Assembly: GCF_963921235.1 (NCBI RefSeq)
Contig: NC_086097.1
Coordinates: 146,508,001-146,572,000 of the forward strand
Direction of reading: 5' to 3'
From: Mobula hypostoma
Lineage: Eukaryota
DNA length: 64,000 bases
A model generated the notes under the pieces. The model ran no database searches, had not been told where the DNA came from, and saw only the letters and a list, made by a program, of their open reading frames with translations. Positions 38,736-51,019 of the stretch are shown piece by piece (the stretch's first letter is position 1; each line of letters opens with the position of its first letter). Position numbers and translations under genes: made by a program.

Positions 38736-41700
38736 GACTGCTAGTTTAAGGTAGTCAGTGATAATTTTTACCGGAATAACATTGTCAGCCACTTGTGGAG
38801 CCATGACCTGTTGAGGAAAAAGGAAACAGTGGTAGAGGATTCCTGTCATCATCTATGTGGTTACAGCTCCACTGAAAGTTATGCAGGGCCTTTCCCTTGA
38901 CAAGCAGGCAGCCAACACTGTTCCAACAAGCATGTCTGAGAACTGTGAGAATGAATATTGACAGTGGGTGTCAACAAATGGCACTCAGGGCCATAGGCAG
39001 CCTCCAGTGGGCATCTGGAAGGCCTTAAACTGCCTCAGTATCCAAGTTCTCTTGTCAAGGGCCAGCACAGTGAAATGGGAATGAGAACTCTGATGTAGAG
39101 ACTTGGCCTGAAACGACAACTGTTTATTCCTCACCATAGATGCTGCCTGACCTGCTGTATTGCTCTAACATTTTGTTTGTGTTATAGTCAATAGGGCTAT
39201 GGTGCATTATTTGAGGTTAGGGCATGAGGCAGATAACATTTCTGGTAGCATTTACTTTCTATCCCAAATCACCTCTGACCTAAGGAGGCAGAAGTTGAAC
39301 TGGACATGCCATATAAATATATTGGCTACAAGAGCAAGCCATAAGCTGGGAATCTAACAATGAATGACTCAACTTCTGCTACCCCGAGGTTTTTCCACCA
39401 TTTACAAGGCACAGTGAAGAGTGTGATGGAACATTGTCCACTGCCTAGATGAGTGCAGTGCTAAATGCTCTCAAGAAACTCAGCACTATCAAAAACAAAA
39501 CAACCCACTTAATTGGCACTCCATAAACCACCCTAAACATTCAATCCCTTCCATCACTGGCAATCTATCAAGAAGATGTACTGCAGTTACTTGCCTCTGC
39601 TACTCCCACATACATTCCAAATTTGTGACCTCCATCTTGACTGGGAATTATATCACTGGTGCTTCATTGTCATTGAAACTTTATCTTTGAACTCGCTACC
39701 CCACGGCACAGCGGGAACACCTTTCCCCTGGGTTTGAACCAGATGGTTTTCCACTATTTTCTCAAGGTCATTTAGAGATCAGTTTTGCAAGCCATACCCA
39801 TAATCCCAAAAATGGAATTAAAACATTCGGTATAGGGATGCAGTCATCTTTAACTGATGGGTAATATGAACGGCATGGGGTTTCTATGACAAAATGGTGG
39901 TTCACGGTTAATGCTATTCTAACTGTTTTTTAATCACAGTACTTTATTTTAGATACTTCAGCAGGCAGGGTAAGAATTTAACTTGTGTCTGTGTGACAAT
40001 AGTTGAAAACACTGGTTGCTAGGCCAGTAACTTAACTGCCCGTTATCTCAGAACTAGCCATACCTCTAGCCAAGCTGTTGCAATAGCATTCAGGATGCTC
40101 AGTGCCATTCATTTTAAAGCAGATGCCTTGCTTGGCACCCCATCCACACTCTCCACCACTATTACATGATATAAGACATTGTCAGCTTCTCAAGGGTAGT
40201 AGGAGTTGGCATTAAATGATGACTTTCTTGTGAAACCCACGTCGCATAAAAGGCAACATAAAATCAATCTAGCACAAAACATTCACACTGCTATAATGGT
40301 TTACCTACTGATGTCTTCATGATGAAATAGTCACACAGGATAAGGGAATCCACTAATTCAGACCTTTTCAAAATACTTACTGCTGTGGTTCTTATGTGTA
40401 CATTCTTGGGGCAGTGTACTTATTCTGGAATCGGTTCAACAATGTTGTAATCATTCTGGCTTTCAGCAGAGCTGGAAGATAACAGTCAGTGCATTTTCTG
40501 TTACTGACTCATCTAAACAATCACAGTTTATATTCCATTTTCTATCCGTTTGAACTTCTCAGTTGGATTTGCACATCTTTCAAAGTATTTGAGACTTAGG
40601 AACTCCCTTTCCTCTTTTTTTTTCCATGGCAGCTGACCAGTCAATATTATTTTATGCAATGTCAAAGCATTCCATTGTTACCTTTATCAGTTGACTCTGG
40701 CTAACTTCACACTAAGGGTGTGTTCTACTTCAGAATATTATTTAGCATTGACTTTTATTTTGAAGAGCTACCAAGGCCCTTTCTTAGTTTTACAATTGAT
40801 TTCTGATGGGGGGGAAAAAGATGGATAAAGTATTTTACCTTTATTTTGGAACATACGGATACATCAGTATTGACCACTGACTCCTTTAAAAGATAGACCT
40901 CATTTGCTTCACTTTTCTCTGATGAAAAACATCAGGGATTCATGGATTTTGTTTTATTACAGAGCTAAAGCTAATTGCTTGCTCACAATATTCTCCTGTA
41001 AAGTCACAGAGAGTTATAGTTCAGGATATTTGGCAATGCACCCATTTTGACTCTTAAAAGTCCCCTATCCAAACTTGTTTATTCATTATGGTTGGTTACC
41101 TGATCAATTCACTTTCAAAATTCTTTATCAATTCAGCTGTTCCAGATTCTGACAACTGTGAGTAAAAAAAAACTTAACATACCTTTTAATGTTAGAAAAT
41201 GTTCCACAGAGTATAATCAGACAAAAGTTAACACTGAGCCAATGTTGTGAGTCATAGAGAATTAAAACAGACCATTTGGCACATTGAGTCCATGTTGGCC
41301 AGAGGGCACATGTCCAAATCAATCCCATTTTTTTTTAGAATTGAATACCTAAACAGTTCAAGTGCTCATCTAGATACATTTTCAATGCTTCCACCACCCT
41401 CATTCTCTGGGTGAATGAAGTCCTCTCCTCCTCAGATCCCCTCTAAATCCCTTGCCCACAACCTATATCCTCTGATTTTATCCGCCTATGGGGATAAACA
41501 TCTTGCAGACAGTGACTCATTCATGACCCCTCTTAACTTCCTCTGCTCCAGGAAAAACAGACTTAGCTACTCCAAATTCTAACGTAGAACCATTCGCTCC
41601 AATCTATAAAACCAACCTAACCTCTCCACAAGATATTAGGTGACTGACGAAAGCTTCAACAAGATTTAGGATGTAGACAACTTTAAAAATTCAAGAGAAT

Positions 41701-42021
41701 GGGGTGAGGAATGGGGTTAGAACGTGGTAAGGTAGCCTGTCAGGAGAACTCTGGAACTGTCACGTTGCTGCCTACTTACCATATTTAAATTTAGTTGTAA
41801 GCATAAACTTTCCCAGTACAACACACTGTGGTGAGTCTCTTTGGTTTTATCATTACTAATAAATGCTTCTTCAGATAAACTATCTTGCCATTACCAGAAA
41901 ACTTCCTTGAAAGCTCCTTCCACAGTATTTCCCATCTCTGCCTTTGTTGATGCATCCGCGAATTTCTCTGATTTGACTACTCCATTGCTGCTGTGGTCGG
42001 CCTTCCATTTTCCCCAATATA

Positions 42022-43751
42022 CAGTGGCGCTAGAAAATTCATGAACCCTCTAGAATTTTCCCTATTTCTGCATAAATATAACCTAAAATGTGATCAGAAC
42101 TTCATGTAGGTCCTAAAACTAGATAAAGAGAACCCAATTAAATAGACAACACAAAAACATAATGCTTGTTTATTTATTTATTAAGAAAAATTATCCAAAA
42201 TTACATGTATTTGATGGAGAAAGTATGTGAACCTCTGGGGTAATGCTTTCTACAAAAGCTATTTGGAGTCAGATGTTTCAGTCAGTGAGATGAGATTGGA
42301 GGTGTGGGTTGTAGAGGTGCCCTGCCCAATAAAAAACACACACACAAAGTTAAGTTACTGACAGAGCCTGCGCTTCTCAAGAAAGATCTGTTTATGTGCA
42401 CCATGTCTCGATCAAAACAACTTTCAGAGGACTTTAGAAGAAGAATTGTAGAGATGCATGAAGCTGGGAAAGGCTACAAAAGCATTTTTAAAGACCTGAG
42501 TGTTCATCAGTCCACAGTGAAAGAAATTGTCTACAAATGGAGGAAATTCAGTACTATTGCTACTCTCCCTAAGTGTGGGCATCCTGCAAAGATCACACTA
42601 AGAGTACAATGTGCAATGCTGAAGGAGGTGAGAAAGAGCCCAAGAGTAACAGCACAAGACCTGCAGAAATCTCTAGAACTTGCGAAGGTCTCTGTTCATG
42701 TGTCCGCTATAAGAAAAGCACTGTACAAGAATGGTGTTTGTGGAAGGACACCACAGAGGAAACTACTGGGTCTCCAAAAAACACATTGCTGCATGTCTCA
42801 AGTTTACAAAAGATCATCGGGATATTCTACAATGCCCCTAGGACAGTATTCTGTGGACAGATGAGACAAAAGTTGAACTTTTTGGCAGAAATGCATGTTG
42901 CTATGTTTAGAGGAAAAAGGGCACTGCACACCAACACCAAAACCTCATCCCAACTGTGAATCATAGTGGAAGGAGCATCATGGTTTGGGGCTACATACAT
43001 CAAAGTTGCTGGTGAACGCAGCAGGCCAGGCAGCATCTATAGGAAGAGGCGCAGTCGACGTTTCAGGCCGAGACCCTTCGTCAGGACCTTCATCATGGTT
43101 TGGGGCTACTTGCTGCCTCAGGGTCTGGACAATTTGTAATTGTTCAGGGAACAATAAATTCAAAATTATATCAAGACATTTTACAGGAGAATGTCGGGGT
43201 AGTGGTCCATCACCTGAAGCTTAATAGAAATTGGATAATGCAACAAGGCAATGATCCAAAAGATTAGTAAATCAACAACAGAATGGTAAAAAAGAACAAA
43301 AAGTGTTTTGGAATGGCCATGTCAAAGTCTTGATATAATCCCACAGAAAAGTTGAGAAAGGACCTGAAGCAAGCAGTTCATGCAATAAAGCCTGACATCT
43401 CAGAGCTGAAACAGTTTTGTGAGGAGGAATGGCCTAAAATTCCTCCCAGCTGATGTGCAGGACTGATCAACAGTTACCAGAAACACTTGGTTGAAGTTAT
43501 CACTGTACAAGGGGATCACACCAGTTACTGAAACCAGAGGTTCACTCATACTCTTTCCAACAAATGCATGTATTACTGGATCATTTTTCTCAAAAATAAA
43601 TTAACAAGCATAATGTTTTTATGTTGTTTATTTAATTGGGATATCTTTATCTAGTTTTAGGACTTAAATAATGATCTGATCACATTTTAGGTCATACTTA
43701 TGCAGAAATTGAGAAAATTCTACAGGGTTCACAAACTTTCTAGCACCACTG
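42022..43751 (+). mobile_element. Tc1-family DNA transposon with long (~200 bp) TIRs, decayed transposase
   Basis: TA|CAGTGgcgctagaaa ... tttctagcacCACTG (right TA reads TC). MSRSKQLSEDFRRRIVEMHEAGKGYKSI HTH from 42403, WTDETKVELF, SIMVWG, a mutated MQQ-ND-PK block, frameshifts. Confidence 0.93.
42995..43090 (-). mobile_element. 96-bp Penelope-end insertion containing an intact hammerhead (43053-43088)
   Basis: 19-bp TSD catcatggtttggggctac at 42976-42994 and 43091-43109; sequence matches the reverse complement of ~38044-38135. Confidence 0.9.
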
Positions 43752-43799
43752 TCACTTAAACACTACCAAAATCTGCTGTAAATGAGCACAAATAAATGA

Positions 43800-43961
43800 C
43801 AAGCAACACACATCAAAGTTGCTGGTGAACGCAGCAGGCCAGGCAGCATCTCTAGGAAGAGGTGCAGTCGACGTTTCAGGCCGAGACCCTTCGTCAGGAC
43901 TAACTGAAGGAAGAGTGTGTAAAGGATTTGAAAGTTGGAGGGGGAGGGGGAGATCCAAAAA
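43800..43961 (-). mobile_element. 162-bp Penelope-end insertion with intact hammerhead (43866-43901)
   Basis: 12-bp TSD acaaataaatga at 43788-43799 and 43962-43973. Confidence 0.85.
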
Positions 43962-44307
43962 ACAAATAAATGATGCTGAATAAACTTGAGGATTATCAAA
44001 TCAATGCACAGGAATGTAGAGTGATAAGTGACAGGCTTTGTAAATAAAAAGAATCCAGTTGGAGTTCCAGTTTATATATAAAGAAGCCAGCCAAGTAAAA
44101 TGTTTTGGAAGTCCAGCATTGCAGTGCTTTAAGTTATAGATTCATTTTCAAATTCTCTAAACTTTCATAAGCAGTACCTGAAAAATCTACACATTACTGT
44201 TTTTACCAACAGACCTTTTCACCACTACCATTCATTATTTTCACATCCATGACCTTGATTCAGTTTCTGTTGTTCAGTTTCTATTAATAATTTCTTATGT
44301 TTTGCAG

Positions 44308-44348
44308 AAGGAAGTGAGGATCAAATTTGAGCATGAGGGAGAAAAAAG
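44308..44348 (+). CDS. MAP3K2/3-family exon, PB1 start: KEVRIKFEHEGEK(R)
   Basis: tttgcag acceptor; matches family motif VR(I/V)KFEHxGE(K/R)R; 41 nt; donor AG|gcaagt (GC-AG). Confidence 0.92.
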
Positions 44349-45059
44349 GCAAGTTTTATTTCTTAGATCATTTCACAATGAAATCTTTCTACTTCATTCA
44401 ATATTATTGACTGGATATTCGGATGCAAGAATTATTGGTTTCAACTTGTGATTCCTTACATATTTTTTCTAATTAATATGATTTTACAAACTTTCATCCA
44501 CAAACAAAATAACTTGCTTTAAAGATTAGCGTTACCCAGAAGGCATACTGATTGCACATTTATAAGATTCGTGATACGAATTAGAGATCTCAACCTGAGT
44601 GAGCATAGCTGCTATTGAAGCCAATCGAGATGGGGATGGCTGAATATATCTAGTTTTGCGAACTGTTCACTAAATAAAGATACCTGTATATGATAGGTAA
44701 ATAAGGCTAGGTTTTGTTTACCTGTTCTCCTTAACTTTCAGAGAATCATACAAAGAAATGTATTCTTGATAAATTTGTAGTTTGCCTTTCTGCAGAATAG
44801 GTATAATAATATATTCAAGGCACAGGGAAATTCCTGTATCAACAAAGAAAGAAGTGCATTGACCTAAGCTTTAAACATTTGCTCATAATAGTAAGAATGT
44901 TTACTTGTTGAGACTATTGCAGAAACTAGCAGGAAAAATGAAGCAGAAGAGTAGAGGTCATTAAAATTGTTTTAGATTCCTTAAAGAATGCGAAGTTCCT
45001 GCTTTTTTAAGAGATTAATGGGGATTGTAATAATTTATGTAATTGGTATTTTTTTAAAG

Positions 45060-45159
45060 GGTCATGCAGTTCTCCAGACCAGTAAAGTTAAAAGACATCC
45101 TTCAAAAGGTCAAGGATGCCTTTGGGCAACAAATGGAGTTACACTTAATTAACAACGAG
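45060..45159 (+). CDS. MAP3K2/3-family exon, PB1: (R)VMQFSRPVKLKDILQKVKDAFGQQMELHLINNE
   Basis: tttttaaag acceptor, GAG|gtatgt donor; 100 nt, phase 2 to 0; F.RPVK..D...K...FGQ..L....NE motif. Confidence 0.93.
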
Positions 45160-45279
45160 GTATGTTTTTCAAATGCTGTGCATGCTTTATTTGCTAATGA
45201 TTAGCTTTTTGTACATTATCCATTCAGTCATTGTTACAGTCTTCTCACAGATCACCAGCGATATTTTAGAATAATTGGA

Positions 45280-46835
45280 GCAATTGCCAACAAACTCTCA
45301 CTCAATGTCAGCAAGACCAAGGAGCTGATTATTGACTTTAGGAGGAGGAAACGAAGGTACATCAACCAGTCTTCATCAGGAGATCGAGGTGGGGAGGATC
45401 AGCAACTTTAAATTCCTTGGTGTTATCTTTTCAGGGGATCTGACCTGGGCCAAGAACATAAATACTATTACAAAGAAAGCATAGCAGCACCTCTACTTAG
45501 AAGATTGCAAAATTTTGGAATGACATCTAAAACTTTGACTAACTTCAATATATGTGTGGTGGAGATTATATTGACTGGTTGCATCACAGCCTGATTTGGA
45601 TCACCACTGCCCTCGAACAGAAATCATACAAAATGTGGATACAGCCCAATCCATCATGAGTAAAGCCCTTCCCACCTTAAGCACACCTACAGGAAGCACT
45701 GTCACAGGAAAGCAGCTTCCAGGCCATGGACCATTCTCACTGCTGCTGCTATCAGGAAGTGGGTACTGCAGCTTCAGGACCCACACCACCACTTTCAGGA
45801 ACAGTTATTTCCTCTCACCCATCATGCTCTTGATTCAGAAAGGATAACTTCACTTGTGCTATCACTTAACATCCACAACCTTTGAACTCACTTTCAAGGA
45901 CTCTTCATCTCATGTTCTCAATATATGTATATATGTTTTTCTGTTGTATTTGCACAGTTTGTTATCTTTTGCACATCGGTTGTTTTTCTGTCCTGTCGGG
46001 TGAGGTCTTTCATTGATTCTGTTGTTGTCACGGTCCGGTCCACTGACTCCTTGTTTCTGTTGATTTCCTTTTCCCTGTGCTTTTCCTGGTTCCTTGATTG
46101 AGACATCTGATCCTCATTCGAACCGGCAGCATAAAAACTCCGGCTTACTTCTACTCGCTGCTAGTTCATCACCGTAGCCAGTGCAGCTGTGCTCGTCCTG
46201 GAGCCGCCGAGAATCATGGACTCTAAGTTGCTTTGGTGCCTGTGGCTGCTTAGTGAACTCAGTCATTTTCGTGTCCAGCTGAGTTGCCGGCTGTTTTGCC
46301 GCTACTCCGAGCTAAGATGCGAATTCTGTTGTTTTCATGTTCGGCTGAGATTTGCTGGCCGATTGTCGCCACTTCGAGCCGCCAAGAATAAGGGACCGTT
46401 TTCATGAGCTTCCCCGTGTCTAGATACAAATGGTCTGTCATGGTTTGGTTTCTGTCGTCTCGTATCTAGCTCAGTAGGTGGCCGTTTGCCGCTACTCGAA
46501 TGGATTGTCGTTGTTTTGTCGTCTCGTATCTAGCTCAGTAGATGGCTGTTTGTCACTACTTGAATGGATTGTCGTCGTTTTGTCGTTCCGAGTCCAAGTC
46601 CCAAGGCTCGGAGTCCCGACCCCAAATCCCAAGGCTCCGAGTCCAGAGTCAAGTTCTGAGTCCAAGTCATGTCCAAATCTGTCTCTGTGCCTGTGCCCTG
46701 CAGTTGGTCCACCTCCAGTCACTCCGTGTAACAGTTGTATTTCTTGGAGTTACTGTGAATGGCAACAAGTAAGTGAATCTCAGGTTTGTATATAGTGACA
46801 TATGTATTTGGTAGTAAATTTACTTTGAACTTTGA
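45280..46835 (+). mobile_element. Rex1/Babar-type LINE 3' fragment, interrupted by a solo LTR
   Basis: LSLNVSKTKELIIDFRR; gttgtatttcttg...tttactttgaactttga tail resumes after 46733. Confidence 0.8.
46026..46733. mobile_element. Solo LTR (708 bp, TG...CA)
   Basis: Begins tgtcacgg, ends ccgtgtaaca; 5-bp TSD gttgt at 46021-46025 and 46734-46738; CpG-rich with internal short duplications. Confidence 0.8.
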
Positions 46836-46879
46836 GTTAGCTAGTGACTACTCCATTCCTATGGTCTTTCTGCTTAATT

Positions 46880-48065
46880 CAGTGGTCCCCAACTACCGGG
46901 CCGCGGACCGGTGCCGGGCCACAAAGCATGTGCTACCAGGCCACGAGGAAATGATATGATTTGGCGATAGGAATCAGCTGCACCTTTCCTCATTCCCTGT
47001 CACGCCCACTGTTGAACTTTAACGCACGTGAGGTCATTACGCACGCGTCATCCATGTCAGCGCGGGAAAAAGATCAACTCCTCGAGCTTGTAAATGACGA
47101 CGGGCTTTAAAGTATGTTTGACATAACATCTTTGCCAGCATTCTGGATTAAAGTCAAGGCTAAATATCCTGAGATGGCCACGAAAGCACTGAAAACGTTG
47201 CTTTCATTTCCAACATATCTCAGCAATGAATGTAATGAAAACTAAATTACGGAATAGACTGGACTTAAGGAACTCCCTTCGAGAATCGCTGTCTCCCATC
47301 ACCCCTCGATGGCACCGTCTTGTTGCAGGGAAACAAGCCCAGGCTCCCACTGATTCAGCGATATTGGTGTGCTGCAATGATTTTATATGTTCATACGGAG
47401 AAAATATGTGCTGTGTGTTTAATATCCAAACGTTACTTAAAATGTTATGATGCTGTTGACTTACTTATATAACCATATAATAATTACAGCACGGAAACAG
47501 GCCATCTCTGCCCTTCTAGTCTGTGCTGAACGCTATTCTCACCTAGTCCCACCGACCTGCACTGAGCCCATAACCCTCCGTTCCTTTCCTGTCCATATAC
47601 CTATCCAATTTTTCTTTAAATGATAATATCGAATCTGCTTCTGCCACTTCTACTGGAAGTTCGTTCAACACTTACTTGAAGCTCCCCGTCCTCCCCTGAT
47701 AATTGACTTATCACTATATTCACACGTAGAAAATATGTGCTGTGTGTTTAATATTAAATTTGTTAGATACACCCTTTTAGAAACGAAATTGAGTGTATTA
47801 GCCACTTATCACCTATATTCCGGTCGTGATTAACACCCCCGCCCCCGGAACAGAATTGCAGAAAACGATTTGTAGAAGGAGGGGGTTTAAAAAAAAGTTG
47901 GTAGGTCACGCATGCGCACTGGTGCCCGCGCAAGGCTTCATGGTCATTGTAGTCTTTCTTGGGGTAAACTCAATGTATTTGATTGCTACTCATGTACGTT
48001 GGCAACCCTCCCCCCCCCCCCCCCCCCCCGGTTGGCCAGTCCGCAAGAATGGTTGGGGACCCCTG
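46880..48065 (+). mobile_element. Non-autonomous hAT (Charlie/Buster-type) DNA transposon
   Basis: TIRs cagtggtccccaac / gttggggacccctg; 8-bp TSD gcttaatt at 46872-46879 and 48066-48073; C-terminal dimerisation remnant FWIKVKAKYPEMATKALKTLLSFPT..KTKLRNRLD. Confidence 0.92.
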
Positions 48066-48469
48066 GCTTAATTGACCCAGTCAACTACATTCTGTCTCCC
48101 ATTTTTGCCATGTAATTTTTTGTATGACAGTTCCAGTGAAATAGAAATGAGTGGGAATGAAATCAACTGTAGCAGAGGCAAGAAAGATAAACAAAACGCA
48201 GTGAAAGCAGTCCCCTTGGCTTAACGTAATTGTACCAGCCATTCAGCACCCAGCTGCATTATCCCATGAGAGAAAGAGAGAAGGCTGGTAACATGAAAGT
48301 GAAGAAGAGAATAGAATCATTGTGAAGGATAAGGGAAGAAGCTGCAAGCAATTAAAGGAGCTTCAATGAAGGAATAATTAATGGATAGAATTATGAATTA
48401 TCAAATTGTTGCCTGGGAATCTGGAGTGACATTGCGAATGTGAGGAGAACTGGTATGTGACCAAAGACA

Positions 48470-48945
48470 CAAATTTCTACAGATGTACCATGGAGAGCAT
48501 TCTCATTGGTTGCATCACCATGTGGTATGGAGCCACCATTGCACAAGATAAAAGAAAAAGCATCAGAGTGTTGTAAGCTCAGGCAGCTCCATCATGGCCA
48601 GTGGCCTCCCCAGCATCCAGGACACATTCAAAAGGCGGCATTCATCATTACAGACCCTCATCACCCAGAACGTGACCTCTTCTCATTGCTACCATCACGG
48701 AGGAGGGTACAGGATCCTGAAGAGATGCAGTCCATTTTTCAGGAACAGCTTTCCCTCTGCCATTAGATGTCTGAATGGACAACACTACCTCAATATTTTC
48801 TCCTCTCACCGCACTAATTTAATGCAATTTTCTTTTTAATATGCATACCTATTGTAATTTATACTTTTTATTATTATGTATTGCAGTGTATTGCTGTCGC
48901 AAAACAACAAATTTTACGGCATTTGTTAGTGATATTAAACCTGAA
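48470..48945 (+). mobile_element. Rex1/Babar-type 3' fragment
   Basis: NFYRCTMESIL, AAFIITDPHHP..LFSLLPS, FRNSFP. Confidence 0.65.
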
Positions 48946-49097
48946 GTATGCAGGCTTTGTAAATAATAGATGGACTTGCAGTTTACCGAAGAAGAAATTT
49001 GATAAAATGCTCGGTAAATTAAGGCTGTAGGTTTCTCAGTTATGGATTAATTTGCATATCCTCTGAACTTTCTATGTGTTTATAAATTATTGAACAG

Positions 49098-49211
49098 CAT
49101 CGGACTCCATTACGATGCCAGAATGAATTGGACAAAGCCATTGAGCACTTGGACCTAAACTCCAGTATAAAAACCTTAAGGATTTTGGTCATGCCTCGAA
49201 AGAACATTCAT
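49098..49211 (+). CDS. MAP3K2/3-family exon, PB1 end: HRTPLRCQNELDKAIEHLDLNSSIKTLRILVMPRKNIH
   Basis: aacag acceptor, CAT|gtaagt donor; 114 nt, phase 0; Q..LDKAI..LD..SS.K.LRIL motif. Confidence 0.92.
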
Positions 49212-50785
49212 GTAAGTTAACCTTGTGCAATAAATGTTTTTACCAGTTATTTTTCTTGAATAAAAACTGTTTAATTGAGTTATTTCATCTTATCTTAAAA
49301 AAAAGATCAGCTTGCAGTTGGTAAGATCACTCTAAGAATGTAGTCCTTTTCTGATACATGATTTGCAGGGTTAAACAAATTACACTCTTCAAATATTTAT
49401 AATATTAAACTAAGCAATGTCTCCTGTTTCCATTGATAATCCTGCTTTCCAGCACTATTCAACTCCTCTGAACCAGCACCCTGCATTTTTAAAAATTGAT
49501 GCTAATCTATCTCCATTATCCTGTTAAGTCCGATAACTGTTCTTTACCAGTGCTCTGATATAGTAATTTCACAATAATTTTATGAGCGCTTTTCAGCACC
49601 CTGCAATGCAGGCTACATCGGATTTGATAATCCAGCTGCCTCTTAGTCAAGGTCAGTGATTTTGCAGTCAAAATTCAGTAACGGACCATGATTGTCCTCC
49701 TCATCCAGTTTAGTTTGCAACACCCAGCAATTCCTTCCAACCGATGTTATTAACTGTGTCACTCCTACTGCTGCTCCATCTATTTCACTTTTGACAATCC
49801 CTAGTCACATTCAGTTTGACACTTATAATACAATCAGCAACAGTAGGTTAAAGAAATATTTGAAACAAGTATTTAGAAGTGGTTGGTAAGAAATTTTGAT
49901 TTAGTTTTTTTTTAACACTTTATGAAGCCTTAATTGAAAAAAAATCCTTGTACACATTGGCGGGGTAACTTATGCCCCGTATTATGCAGGTGAGACAGCT
50001 AGGACAATGGAGTATAGGTTGATGAAGTCACCATTCTGGAGATTTATGATTCAACTCAGGCTTTTTCAAGAATGAAGGTGTATTGAAGAACCCATCTTCA
50101 TTAGGATAAGGAAGCCCTTTTGACCAGCACTCCATACATCCCCATACACATTCATTCCATCCAGTACTAATGCATGAGGGGCATCTAAAAATTGTACTCC
50201 AGCATCTTGCCAAGGTTCTTCAACAGCTCCTCCTAAAGCATATCAGGAAAGACCGAAGAATTTGGTCCCTGGATAACTTGCATTTTCCCTTCCTTGTTGC
50301 ACCCCATCATGACCTGGGAAATATACTAAATTCCTTCATTATCCCTGAAGCAAAACTGCAAAATTTCCAATAAGAGAACCTTCACTGATAGGATCACTCT
50401 GGCTCAAGAAGACATCTCAGTACCTCCACCTCAAGGATAGCCAGGTGGTTAGGTGGTGGATACAGCCTTTACCTACCCTGGAAGAACATACAGTATGAAA
50501 AAGAATTGCATCATGAAGGGAACTAAGGAAATGATTTAATTTCTTTAATATCAAAATCTAAGACCTTGAAAAAAGATTTATAGTCATATAATCCTACAAA
50601 CTGTGTTTCAGTGCTATTAAATTCGCAAAAGTAGAATACTGTTGCAGCGAAATCTTGATGTTTAAAAACATTGGTTGAAAACAAGAAAGTGTCTTTGGAT
50701 TATTAATATTGGTGTGCTATTGTTAGTTTATCAAGTCAGATTTTTAAAAAAAAAACACTATTTCATTTCTCTGTAATTCTGGCAG

Positions 50786-50897
50786 ATGAATTGTAAAACT
50801 GCAGAGAAATTGCCCGAGATTAGGATGTCCAAGTCGATGGGAGACTTGTTGGGGTCATTGTACAAAGGGAACGAGCGCCATCGGAAGCTGTCAACAG
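50786..50897 (+). CDS. MAP3K2/3-family linker exon: MNCKTAEKLPEIRMSKSMGDLLGSLYKGNERHRKLST(G)
   Basis: ttctggcag acceptor, CAG|gtgaga donor; 112 nt, phase 0 to 1, fits both neighbours; resembles MEKK3 RIKASQSAGD...R.RHLS. Confidence 0.82.
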
Positions 50898-51019
50898 GTG
50901 AGACGTCCTGTACATCCACTATTGTTAGAATATCATTTGGTTTGTTGTGCTTATCTCGTGAATAATTGAAGGTCAAATATTGTTCCCAGCCATTTCCGCA
51001 TTTCAGTCAGAGTGCAGGC

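Noticed and set aside
38740..39800. Degenerate LINE-like sequence and a hammerhead-like remnant near 39090-39120
   Set aside because: Too decayed to bound or classify by eye; ribozyme core not intact.
42304..43530. Active Tc1 transposase
   Set aside because: Frameshifts, stops and a 96-bp insertion in the catalytic domain.
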